NCBI GenBank assembly: GCA_042219765.1
Contig: JBDGPI010000089.1
Coordinates: forward strand, 25,119-59,356
Direction: 5' to 3'
DNA: 34,238 nt
DNA from: a bacterium
Lineage (GTDB): Bacteria > T1Sed10-126 > CAZEBV01
Positions 9,912-18,552 of this stretch are shown piece by piece. Below the pieces are notes generated by a model. The model did no database searches. It was not told where the DNA came from and saw nothing but the letters and a program-made list of their open reading frames with translations. Within the stretch, counting starts at the first letter, position 1. Each line of letters starts with the position of its first letter. Made by a program: the position numbers and the translations under genes.

Positions 9912-10637
9912 TTACTCAAATTTATCGTCCACATGAGTTTCGATACTTCGTTCTTTAAGCCATGCCACCCCGATTAGGTCAAAGACTACCTGGCGCAGCC
10001 GTCCTGCTATGGAATATTTGGTTTCTCCCCAGGAACGGGGTCGATGGCTTGTGGCCACCTGGCTGTGCGAAAAGCCGTTCATCTGAACCAGCGAGGGAAA
10101 GAATCGATGCATTCCGTGAAAGACTGTGAAGGACTCAACCACTTCTCGGGTAAACAATTTCAGGGAACAGCCCGTGTCCTTAACGGCCTCCCCGAGCACC
10201 CAGTTTCGAAACCCGTTGGCAATGTAAGAACCAACCTTCTTCTTCAGGCTGTCCTGGCGTTGCTCCCGATACCCCAGGACACAATCCACTTCACTTGATT
10301 CCATCTCGTCAAGAAGGACGGGAATGTCCGCCGGATCATTCTGACGGTCACCGTCAATGGTTGCAACGAGAGGGTTGGAGGCCTCCTCGAAACCTGCCGC
10401 AAACGCAGCCGATTGACCTCGGTTCCGTTTAAAGTGAAGCGAAACAACTGAATCGCGGTTGCTGGCCAGCTCCCGCACTATTTTTGTCGTTCCGTCGGTA
10501 CTCCCATCATCAACAAAAATCACCGTGAAGTCCCGGGTCCCACTCAGACTCTCCGTTATTTCTTCCATGAGGGGTTTTACGTTTTTGCGTTCGTTGTAAA
10601 CCGGTATAACAATGTCCAGAGCTTTTTTGTCGGTCAT
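9912..10637 (-). CDS. GT2 glycosyltransferase (polyprenyl-phosphate/DPM1-like)
   Basis: IVIPVYNE, FVDDGSTDGT, NRGQSAA, TIDGDRQNDPADIP, DTGCSLK, GMHRFFP. Confidence 0.9.
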   Translation of the reverse strand: MTDKKALDIVIPVYNERKNVKPLMEEITESLSGTRDFTVIFVDDGSTDGTTKIVRELASNRDSVVSLHFKRNRGQSAAFAAGFEEASNPLVATIDGDRQNDPADIPVLLDEMESSEVDCVLGYREQRQDSLKKKVGSYIANGFRNWVLGEAVKDTGCSLKLFTREVVESFTVFHGMHRFFPSLVQMNGFSHSQVATSHRPRSWGETKYSIAGRLRQVVFDLIGVAWLKERSIETHVDDKFE

Positions 10638-10824
10638 TCAAATCCCCTACCTTTGACTGAAAGCCTCCCCGGATCGGAAAAGCATTCGTATCGTGTATTA
10701 TTTGATACCAGTTGGACGAAACAGTTAAGGATTGGACTTATTCAAGAAATAAAATCATGGAAACCAGCCAGGATTTTATCAATTCATCCACGCAGCGATA
10801 CCGTTTTGATTGAGCCGGTTGACT

Positions 10825-12660
10825 CTAACTGTCCACTTCCAGTATCGAATTGAAGGTTTCAAAGACTCTGTTCGCACTGATTTTTTCGAGGCATTTGTAA
10901 CGATTTTCGGAAAGAGGGCAGTGCGTCTCAAAACAGGGACTGCAGTCAACGCCTTCGTAAACGTAAGTACAATGAGTTCCTAGGGGTCTGGTCAGCCCTG
11001 GATCACTTGAACCGAATATTCCTATGGTCGGGGTATCAAGCGCGGCCGAGAGATGCATAATTCCGGAGTCGTTCGCCACGGTCCCATTGCTGGTCTGAAG
11101 GTACGCCATTGCCTCGTGAAGTGTGGTTTCACCGACACAGTTGATAATTCGATCACTATCCACCTCATCCAATATCGTTTCGGCCAGTGACCGTTCCTCC
11201 TCGACGCCAAGAGCCACTATCGACTCGTCTCGCTCCTGAAGGAGTCGACTGAGGAGGTCGGAAAATTGATCCGCCGGCCATCGCTTGGCGGGACCATAAG
11301 CACTTCCGGGATGAATCGTAAAGAACGATTCGGGCGTTTTCCGGTCAATGGATTCGAGGACGGAATCCGGTGCCGATAGATCAGGTGACGGAATTCGGTC
11401 CGGTATTTCCAGAAGGTCCTCCAGTAACCTCATGTAAAGTCGCGCATGGTGTTCACTTCGGTCCCGGTTCCGGAGAGGCACACGGTCCGTTAAAAACAGA
11501 CTTCTTCCCTGTGTGGCAAAGCCGATGCGACGTGGTATTCCTGACTGAAACGCCTGATAACCGGTCCGGAAGGACTTCGGTATAACCACGATACTCGAGT
11601 AACGTTCGCCGGAGATTGACTCCGGAAGCGTAAAGGATTTCTCGTCGGGCAATTCCCGGACGGTCCCAATTGCCTCATGGGCATGGTAAAGATCCGCAAT
11701 CGACGAGCGAACCGCAACATCGATATCACCGACGGCCTCACTCTCATTCATCCTTTCAATAAGCGGGAGGCTCATCACCGTATCACCGAGCCAATTGGGC
11801 GCCCGTATAAGGACCTTCTCTAAGTTAATCGGTTTGAGCTCACGGTCCTGGGTCCAGTAAATAAAATCACTAATGGAATTACTGAGTCCCTGAAAGGGCG
11901 CAATAAATTGTGACGAAAGGGATTCCTCGGTATCCGCCGAACCGTAGTAAGCGTCCTTGAAAACTGACGTATCGGCCGCCGGAAATCCGTACTTGCCGAG
12001 CGAACGGTTAAAGCGCCTGACACGAATATCCCGCCGAAACGAACTGAGCGGGCCGAAGGAGACTGGATCGAAGTCAGTAACAACTAAATCCCCCTCATCG
12101 TTCACGATCAAATTTTCGACGTGAAAATCCCGGTGATCGAGCCCGACATCGTGAAGCAGTGCCAGTGTTTCTCCGGCGTCCACCAGGAATGACTGGTTTT
12201 CACTATTCCGAAGTACCTTACTGAGCAGCCGGGATTCCTCCACGTATTTACTGACGTAAAACCCTTCGTATCCCTGATCGGTACTCCGTACCAGAAGACA
12301 TAGTGGCTCAGGGGTTTTTACACCTGATTCCCGGGCCATCAGGGTGGCTCTAAGTTCATCGACAAACCGAGAATAATCGGAGTAGACTACGTCCTCCTGT
12401 CCGGCTAACAGACCACCGTGATGATATTGCTTCAGAAACCAGTGATCAGTACCGGTGGGCGCTTGAACGACACAATTTCGATCTCCCCGCCCGGAGTCCG
12501 TATCCTTCCAGCGTCGGACCCGGTCATTGACCCACTCCAGAAAAGAGTCCGTCTCTTCACGCATAAATTCAGTATCATCCGGTGCGATCAGACACCAGTC
12601 GGGACCTTCTCGATAAGACCAACCGCGTTGTTGAAAATACTCTTCGTGACGTTTCTCCAT
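10825..12660 (-). CDS. waaF: Fusion: Kdo/LPS kinase (KdkA-like) N-terminal domain + GT9 heptosyltransferase (WaaF-like) C-terminal domain
   Basis: N-term KQYHHGGL, RFVDEL, TPEP, HRDFHVENL, TDFD, RFNRSL; from about aa 281 LIRAPNWLGDTVMSLP, HPGSAYGPAKRWP, ANDSGIMH, CSPCFETHCP; continuous frame. Confidence 0.85.
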   Translation of the reverse strand: MEKRHEEYFQQRGWSYREGPDWCLIAPDDTEFMREETDSFLEWVNDRVRRWKDTDSGRGDRNCVVQAPTGTDHWFLKQYHHGGLLAGQEDVVYSDYSRFVDELRATLMARESGVKTPEPLCLLVRSTDQGYEGFYVSKYVEESRLLSKVLRNSENQSFLVDAGETLALLHDVGLDHRDFHVENLIVNDEGDLVVTDFDPVSFGPLSSFRRDIRVRRFNRSLGKYGFPAADTSVFKDAYYGSADTEESLSSQFIAPFQGLSNSISDFIYWTQDRELKPINLEKVLIRAPNWLGDTVMSLPLIERMNESEAVGDIDVAVRSSIADLYHAHEAIGTVRELPDEKSFTLPESISGERYSSIVVIPKSFRTGYQAFQSGIPRRIGFATQGRSLFLTDRVPLRNRDRSEHHARLYMRLLEDLLEIPDRIPSPDLSAPDSVLESIDRKTPESFFTIHPGSAYGPAKRWPADQFSDLLSRLLQERDESIVALGVEEERSLAETILDEVDSDRIINCVGETTLHEAMAYLQTSNGTVANDSGIMHLSAALDTPTIGIFGSSDPGLTRPLGTHCTYVYEGVDCSPCFETHCPLSENRYKCLEKISANRVFETFNSILEVDS

Positions 12661-12666
12661 ACCGTT

Positions 12667-13911
12667 TTACTCCCTGGGTACCGACCATTCAAGCGTCTGT
12701 TTAAGTGCGTCTATGTACCGGGTGTGAACCGGCTTAATTGCACTTCGAAGCGTATCCGTCTTTGAGCGTAATTTCTTATTTGAGAGGGCGGTCGTTTGAT
12801 TTTGAATGGCCCGATCAAGTTCTTTCTCCGACACCACTTCGAGAAGTCCAGTTCCTTCGAGCAATTCAGCCATTTCACGGAAATTATCGATCCGGGGTCC
12901 GGTAATCACCGGCACACCGTACTGAGCGGCTTCAAGCAAGTTATGTCCCCCCGAGGTCCTCCAGCTACCACCTATAATTGCGAGGTCCGACCCCCGGTAT
13001 AATCCCTCGAGTAGACCGAATTCGTCCACGAGCAGAACGTCCAGGGACCTTCCTTGAGCCAATGGTAAATTTGACCAGTACTCCCAATTTAATCCCATGG
13101 AATTAAGCAGATCCTCAACCTCATCAAGGCGACTTAAATGTCTTGGGGCCAGGTTGACCGCAAAAGTTTCGTGGTCCACCGCATCAAGAACCATTTTCTC
13201 TTCACCAGGGTGAGTACTCGCAACAGTAAGGACTCGCCGATCCTCCCCATGCCAGGGGACTTCAACCTGTTCCTCGGGGGGATCCAGCGCCCGGGTCCAC
13301 TTCAGGTCCCCCGCGGTGCCTAGTTTTTTCGAATCGACCCCCAGCTCAAGGAAACGATCGTAATCCCTGTCCGAACGAGCGTACACGGACTGTGTGTGAT
13401 TCAAGGTTACGTTCAGGAGTGGACTTAACCAGCGGTAATAACGGTAGGTATCGTCCGAGATCCTGGCGTTCAAAAGGATAACTTTTCCCGAGTTTAACCG
13501 GTACAGGTTCGGCCAGATTTCAGTTTCAACAACGGCCAGGCAATCCGCGTCCAGTTCGTCACTTACCGGCCCGACAAGGGCAGGATAATCGGCCGGTAGC
13601 TGGAATTTACGGTTATGGTCAACGGACTCCAGTCCCGATTCGGTCTGAGTGGAAACAACGATTCGGTCGGTCTGAACGCCAATGTCCTGGGCCATAGCAA
13701 TCAATTGGTTAATGAGCCCGGCTTCCCCCACGGACGCACCGTGAAACCAGATATTGCAGGGACCCCGAAGGACGTCACTCGAAGGGGTACTAAATTTTGT
13801 AAGGGTCTGTTGATAGGGGTTACGATCAAGGAAGGCAAGGTAGGTTCCGGCGGCGGCCACCGGGAGGCCGAGATGAATGATACCGTTGTAAAGGTACTCT
13901 GGAAGTTTCAC
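12667..13911 (-). CDS. waaA: 3-deoxy-D-manno-octulosonic acid (Kdo) transferase
   Basis: IWFHGASVGE, ETEIWPNL, NARISD, GDLK, ASTHPGEE, APRH, GGHNLLEAA, GPRIDNF. Start moved to GTG 13911, just downstream of the lpxK stop and with an AGGGA SD. Confidence 0.92.
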   Translation of the reverse strand: MKLPEYLYNGIIHLGLPVAAAGTYLAFLDRNPYQQTLTKFSTPSSDVLRGPCNIWFHGASVGEAGLINQLIAMAQDIGVQTDRIVVSTQTESGLESVDHNRKFQLPADYPALVGPVSDELDADCLAVVETEIWPNLYRLNSGKVILLNARISDDTYRYYRWLSPLLNVTLNHTQSVYARSDRDYDRFLELGVDSKKLGTAGDLKWTRALDPPEEQVEVPWHGEDRRVLTVASTHPGEEKMVLDAVDHETFAVNLAPRHLSRLDEVEDLLNSMGLNWEYWSNLPLAQGRSLDVLLVDEFGLLEGLYRGSDLAIIGGSWRTSGGHNLLEAAQYGVPVITGPRIDNFREMAELLEGTGLLEVVSEKELDRAIQNQTTALSNKKLRSKTDTLRSAIKPVHTRYIDALKQTLEWSVPRE

Positions 13912-13936
13912 TGGAACTGTCCCTGGCTGAGTGGCT

Positions 13937-14989
13937 TCATAAATCGTCGAGCCATTTAAGTAGTCGGTCCCCCTGGTCAACCTCCAGCCGGCTTTGCACA
14001 ATTCCAACCTGCCCGCGTACTTCATCGGGAAGTTTTACGGCTTCCTTCTCCGTCATCAATATCGGCTGATCACCATGTTCGGATAGACCGGATAGCTCGG
14101 ACCGCAGGCTCCCGTGATCCGGCAGCGATCGATGGTGGTCAACCTGTACATGATTCTCCTCCAAAAAATCCTCGAGAGCGTCGGGCCTGGCTAATGTCGA
14201 AATCAACAAAACCGGCTGATTGCGGTAATCCTCAGTGACCTCCTCCTGGTTCTGGTAGATCCCCTGAAACCTGTACTGATGGGTCATCTTTTCAGGCGGA
14301 CGACTAATAGACCCTATGACACTGGAGTAGCGTTTTACGTCAGCCGCATTGTTCCTCGTCTTGAGAGACACAAAATCAGCTCGGCTCAACGACGACAACG
14401 ATTCCCGCAGCGGGCCGGCCGGGATCTGCCAGTTATCGGCCAGATCCCCCGGAGCAAGCAGTACGATGTCGACATCCCGATCCAGCTGGCGATACTGAAA
14501 GCCATCGTCCAGGAGTAGTAGATCAAGGTCAAACTGTCGATCCATGGTTCTGGCAAGTTCAACCCGATCAGACCCTACACCAACCGGGAGTTCAGGAAAG
14601 CGATACCGATAAAGGGCTGCTTCGTCACCGTAGTCCTGTGCCAGTTCGTAAACGGGTTCTTCCTTCGGAAGAATGCCTGACGAATCGCCTTCGCCTCGCT
14701 TCAGGACACCGAGCTGCAGTTTGCTTTGGCCCAACTGTTCTATCAACCAGATTGTAAACGCTGTTTTTCCGGTTCCACCCAGACTGATGTTACCGATGGA
14801 AACGACGGGCGTTTCAACACTCGTTCGGTTGAGGGAACGGTAGGCCTGGTGAATCGACCGGGCCGACGTATAAAGTGGAACCAGTGTGGATAATCCCAAA
14901 CGAAGCATCCTCTGCCCCGGCGACAGGTTATCCGTAAAATAAAAATCACGGAGCCCGTTGTAAAAATCGTGAAACAGAGAGGCGATCAT
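13937..14989 (-). CDS. lpxK: Tetraacyldisaccharide 4'-kinase (C-terminal part of ORF 13937..15697)
   Basis: PVVSIGNISLGGTGKT P-loop, GDEA, LLLDDGFQYRQLDRDVDIVL, PAGPLRES, PDH, MTEKEAVK; internal in-frame ATG at 14989 with an AGGGA SD. Confidence 0.9.
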   Translation of the reverse strand: MIASLFHDFYNGLRDFYFTDNLSPGQRMLRLGLSTLVPLYTSARSIHQAYRSLNRTSVETPVVSIGNISLGGTGKTAFTIWLIEQLGQSKLQLGVLKRGEGDSSGILPKEEPVYELAQDYGDEAALYRYRFPELPVGVGSDRVELARTMDRQFDLDLLLLDDGFQYRQLDRDVDIVLLAPGDLADNWQIPAGPLRESLSSLSRADFVSLKTRNNAADVKRYSSVIGSISRPPEKMTHQYRFQGIYQNQEEVTEDYRNQPVLLISTLARPDALEDFLEENHVQVDHHRSLPDHGSLRSELSGLSEHGDQPILMTEKEAVKLPDEVRGQVGIVQSRLEVDQGDRLLKWLDDL

Positions 14990-15697
14990 TGCTTGATCCC
15001 TGTCAGGAGCCGGGTACGTCAGGAAGGAAAGACAGGTAGCTGGACGGTTGCTTAAGGACACCAGCCACCGGCTGTTCAGTTTGTTCGTCATAGATTCGGT
15101 AGAACTACCATCCTCGGCGGTGTCAATTAAATCCCCGAAAACAACACGGACCGTCGAACAGGGATACGGCAGACAGAAATGATCCCAGCTGTCGAAAAAC
15201 TTTGCCCGAGATGGGAGGCCCGCCACGGGTAGTATCGGCAGATCCAGTTTTCGGCTGAGATCAACAATTTCCTCCTTTACTTGAAATGCGGGGCCAATTG
15301 GGCCATCCGGGGTTACAGCCAGGTTATTACCCTCCCGAACGACCCTCAGTGCCTCTTTCAGTGCGCCCAGACGCCGGTCCCGGAGGGACGTCCTGAGGGC
15401 GTTAATGCCGAGTCCGGACGCTGCACGAGTGATGTATTCACCGTCACGGTGCGGACTAATAAACGTGTAAAACCGTGACTGGTCGTAATCGGATCGAGTG
15501 AAGTAAAAAAGTACCGGGAGCATCTGTCCGTGCCAGAAAGCCAGCAGAAAGTTGGTCCGTCTCTCGGCAAGATCAAAAAGCTTATCCTCGTTGAGAACGT
15601 CGTAGGTCTGACTCCAGCTGAGTGCCCGCAGAATTCCTGGAGCAAGCGTTCCGGAAAGTGCTCCAAAAATTTTTCGGCGATAAGACTTCGGGATCAT
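14990..15697 (-). CDS. DUF374 / lysophospholipid acyltransferase-family protein (N-terminal part of ORF 13937..15697, in frame with lpxK as assembled)
   Basis: AFWHGQ, ISPHRDGE, AVTPDGPIGP, SWDHFCLPYP; this family is commonly found next to waaA/lpxK. Confidence 0.8.
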
Positions 15698-15711
15698 GGG
15701 GGAAACACCGC

Positions 15712-16839
15712 TTAGAAGTAAGAAAGAAGTCTCTTACCGACTTCAACCTCTGGCTCCAGACCCTCGAAGCGATCGGTTATGGTATCCAGTTGTTCGATTT
15801 GGTCTCGCCGTTTGACGTCATCGGCAAGATAATCGATGGCGTGCTCGGTAAGCCGGTCGGCCGTAAATTCGGATTGGATGAGTTCAGGGATCTTCACGTT
15901 CTCGGACATCAAGTTAGGCATTGCAAACTCCTGGGTGGAGACCAGAAGTTTACCAATCAGGTACGTCACCCAGGACGTCCGGTACCCGACAATCATGGGC
16001 GTTCCGGCGAACGTGGCTTCCATGGTTATTGTGCCGGAAGCAAGAATTGATAGGGCTGAATTTTTTAATAACGGATAGGATTGGCCGTTCCAGATTGGAA
16101 TTTTTTCCTTCATTTCATCAGTAAATATATCAAGAAATAGTTCCTGGTTTACCGTTGGCGCCGCACTTAATATTGGTTTGATACTCGAATCTTGATGGAC
16201 CAGGTTCAAGGCAGTTTGTGCCATCGGTTCCAGGTGGCGTTGGATTTCGTGGTCCCTGGAGCCGGGAAAGAACGACACAATTCGTTTTTCACGAGAAATA
16301 TCAAGTAGATCGTAGAGATCGTCCGTTGTGGTGTCCATCAACTCACGGTAGAGGGGATGACCGACAAATTCGGCGTCGGCACCGTGACTGCGGAGGAAAT
16401 CTTCCTCAAAGGGAAAAATCACGAAGAGTTTCTCGAAGTAAGTCTTTAATTTTTCAATTCGGTTTTGTCCCCAGGCCCAAACCTGTGGGGTGATGTAGTA
16501 AAAAAGCGGAATGTCTTTTTTGTAAGCTCTTTTGGCGAATCGCATATTGAATCCGGGGAAGTCCATTAAGACGATTCCCTGGATTGGTTTCTCGTCCAGC
16601 ATTCGATCGAGGCGACTCATCAAAGAAAAGAAAAACGGAAGGGATCCAACAACCTCGGTCAGGCCGACGACGGCCCGATCGACGAGATTTTCAACGAGGT
16701 TAGCTCCGGCACGCTCGGATTCCGGACCGGCGGCGGCATGTATTGTTCCGTCGAAACCCTGTTCCTTCAGATAAGTAATAAGGTTTGCGGCGTAACGATC
16801 CGAGGAGCTGTCGCCCGTTACGAGAAGCAGATCACCCAT
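15712..16839 (-). CDS. lpxB: Lipid-A-disaccharide synthase
   Basis: VTGDSSSD, VVGLTEV, DFPGFN, YYITPQVWAW, IFPFE, FVGHPL, FPGSRDHEI, ASGTITME, PELIQ. Confidence 0.95.
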   Translation of the reverse strand: MGDLLLVTGDSSSDRYAANLITYLKEQGFDGTIHAAAGPESERAGANLVENLVDRAVVGLTEVVGSLPFFFSLMSRLDRMLDEKPIQGIVLMDFPGFNMRFAKRAYKKDIPLFYYITPQVWAWGQNRIEKLKTYFEKLFVIFPFEEDFLRSHGADAEFVGHPLYRELMDTTTDDLYDLLDISREKRIVSFFPGSRDHEIQRHLEPMAQTALNLVHQDSSIKPILSAAPTVNQELFLDIFTDEMKEKIPIWNGQSYPLLKNSALSILASGTITMEATFAGTPMIVGYRTSWVTYLIGKLLVSTQEFAMPNLMSENVKIPELIQSEFTADRLTEHAIDYLADDVKRRDQIEQLDTITDRFEGLEPEVEVGKRLLSYF

Positions 16840-17854
16840 GGATGCCGTTGAGCTGATTTTCCTCTTTCATCGCCTCCACGACGTCCAGACCAACTTTTAT
16901 GGCGTCCTTCCCCTCTTCACTACCGACAACCGGTTCGCGCCCTTCTTCAATGCAATGAATAAAATGGGAAAGTTCTCGCCGTAAGCTTTCGTCGTTTTCG
17001 ACCGGGGGACGGTAAACTTCGACGTCTTCCATACTCCTGGCGTTACCGTTCTTAAGGCGCCAGACCTTTACGTCCTGATCCATGTAATCAAGACTCACGT
17101 AATTTTGATCCTGGAAGATCCTGATTTCCCGACGCGTTTCCATTGAAACTCGGCTTGCAGTGAGATTTGCCACACAGCCATTCTCAAACTCCAACCGTGT
17201 GTTAGTGAGGTCCTCAAAATCCGATAAAACCGAGACGCCAACGGACTTGATGTCTTTCAGGGGCGAATCGACGAGACTCAGAATAATATCAATATCATGA
17301 ATCATGAGATCAAGCACGACACCAATATCGACCGAGCGCTCAGTGAAGGGACCCAGACGATTGACCTCAATGTACCTGGGCTCATCGATGTACTTCCGGG
17401 CGGCGTTAAAGGCGGTATTAAAACGTTCTATGTGACCAACCTGCAATAGGACGTCGTTTTGTTTGGATAACGTGTACAGGCGTTCTGCTTCATCGAGTGT
17501 CTGAACCATCGGCTTTTCAATAAGGCAATCAACGTCATTCTCTATTAATTGTTTACCGACTTCAAAATGATGTTCCGTTGGAACAACCACACTGGCTGCG
17601 TCGAGTTTTGGAATTAAATCACTGAGCTCACGGTAATAATCAGTGGAGTGACGGTCACTTACCTTCTTTCCCTGTTCTTCATCAACGTCAACGATCCCGA
17701 CAAGTTCTACATTCTCGAGGCCTTCGTAAATTCTGGCGTGGTGTTGGCCGAGGTGACCAACACCCACAACGCCTACCTTCAAGGGTTTATTTGAGGAATC
17801 GTTTGATTTATGAGTTCCGTTGGTTTTAGGAACACCGTTAGTTGAAACATTCAT
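16832..17854 (-). CDS. Gfo/Idh/MocA-family oxidoreductase, GnnA-like (putative UDP-GlcNAc 3-dehydrogenase)
   Basis: GVVGVGHLGQHHAR Rossmann fold, EKP, QVGHIERFN, DLMIHDIDI, ANLTASRVS; overlaps the lpxB start by 8 nt. Confidence 0.85.
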   Translation of the reverse strand: MNVSTNGVPKTNGTHKSNDSSNKPLKVGVVGVGHLGQHHARIYEGLENVELVGIVDVDEEQGKKVSDRHSTDYYRELSDLIPKLDAASVVVPTEHHFEVGKQLIENDVDCLIEKPMVQTLDEAERLYTLSKQNDVLLQVGHIERFNTAFNAARKYIDEPRYIEVNRLGPFTERSVDIGVVLDLMIHDIDIILSLVDSPLKDIKSVGVSVLSDFEDLTNTRLEFENGCVANLTASRVSMETRREIRIFQDQNYVSLDYMDQDVKVWRLKNGNARSMEDVEVYRPPVENDESLRRELSHFIHCIEEGREPVVGSEEGKDAIKVGLDVVEAMKEENQLNGIHG

Positions 17855-18189
17855 GCCATCATCACCATCAGTGAGAGTTCGAAGGACCGATACACAAACA
17901 TAAAACGATCCTCCGAAGGACGTAATCAGGTAAAGAACGATAGAAAGTGGGAGGACTAAGGCAAGGAACCCTTATCCCCCAACAATAAAACCGAAATTGA
18001 GAAATTATAAAGTGGATTTGGATACTTTACAAGCTCACCGTAGACCAATGATGATTTTTTCCCAGTCGAAACGGGCCTCTTTGCTTGATTATCGGATAAA
18101 TTTGTGAGGGTTTAAAATTTTTTATCAAAATCGTTCCGTGACCAGGAGGCGATAAAACCAGTATCTGTAGCTACCCTAAATAGTTGAGC

Positions 18190-18208
18190 TTCCTGATAAC
18201 ATCAGGAA
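18190..18208. repeat. Perfect inverted repeat TTCCTGAT-AAC-ATCAGGAA in a 700 bp intergenic region
   Basis: 8-3-8 palindrome read directly from the sequence; function unknown. Confidence 0.5.
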
Positions 18209-18552
18209 AGAACCTATCGTTTTTAAGTATAGAAAAGCCTTCTAAGTCAGTCGGGATTGAATTCTCGGGTAATGAAAAATTTGGGATTAACCGAACGTAC
18301 AACCGCCATCATTTATCCTGAAGGATGACCGGATCGTTTAATGACCGGCCTAACGACTGAACGTAGATCTTCCATTGACTGGAAATTAGATGGTTATGTG
18401 AAGGATGTATGGTAAGAATCCGTCGATCCCGAATATAGTTTAAGGCCAAGGATTTACTTACGGCCCGGACAGGATCCAAAAACTATCCCGTGTACTATTT
18501 AACTTAATGCGGGAAACAGGATGCTTATTATTGGACGGTGGGTTACAGCATT

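Noticed and set aside
10653-10853. 66 aa plus-strand ORF inside the LPS cluster
   Set aside because: Antisense to a co-directional operon, TTG start without SD, overlaps the end of the heptosyltransferase, no motifs.
13912-14025. waaA N-terminal extension to ATG 14025
   Set aside because: It would overlap lpxK by about 90 nt with non-homologous sequence; GTG 13911 has an SD and a normal TM start.
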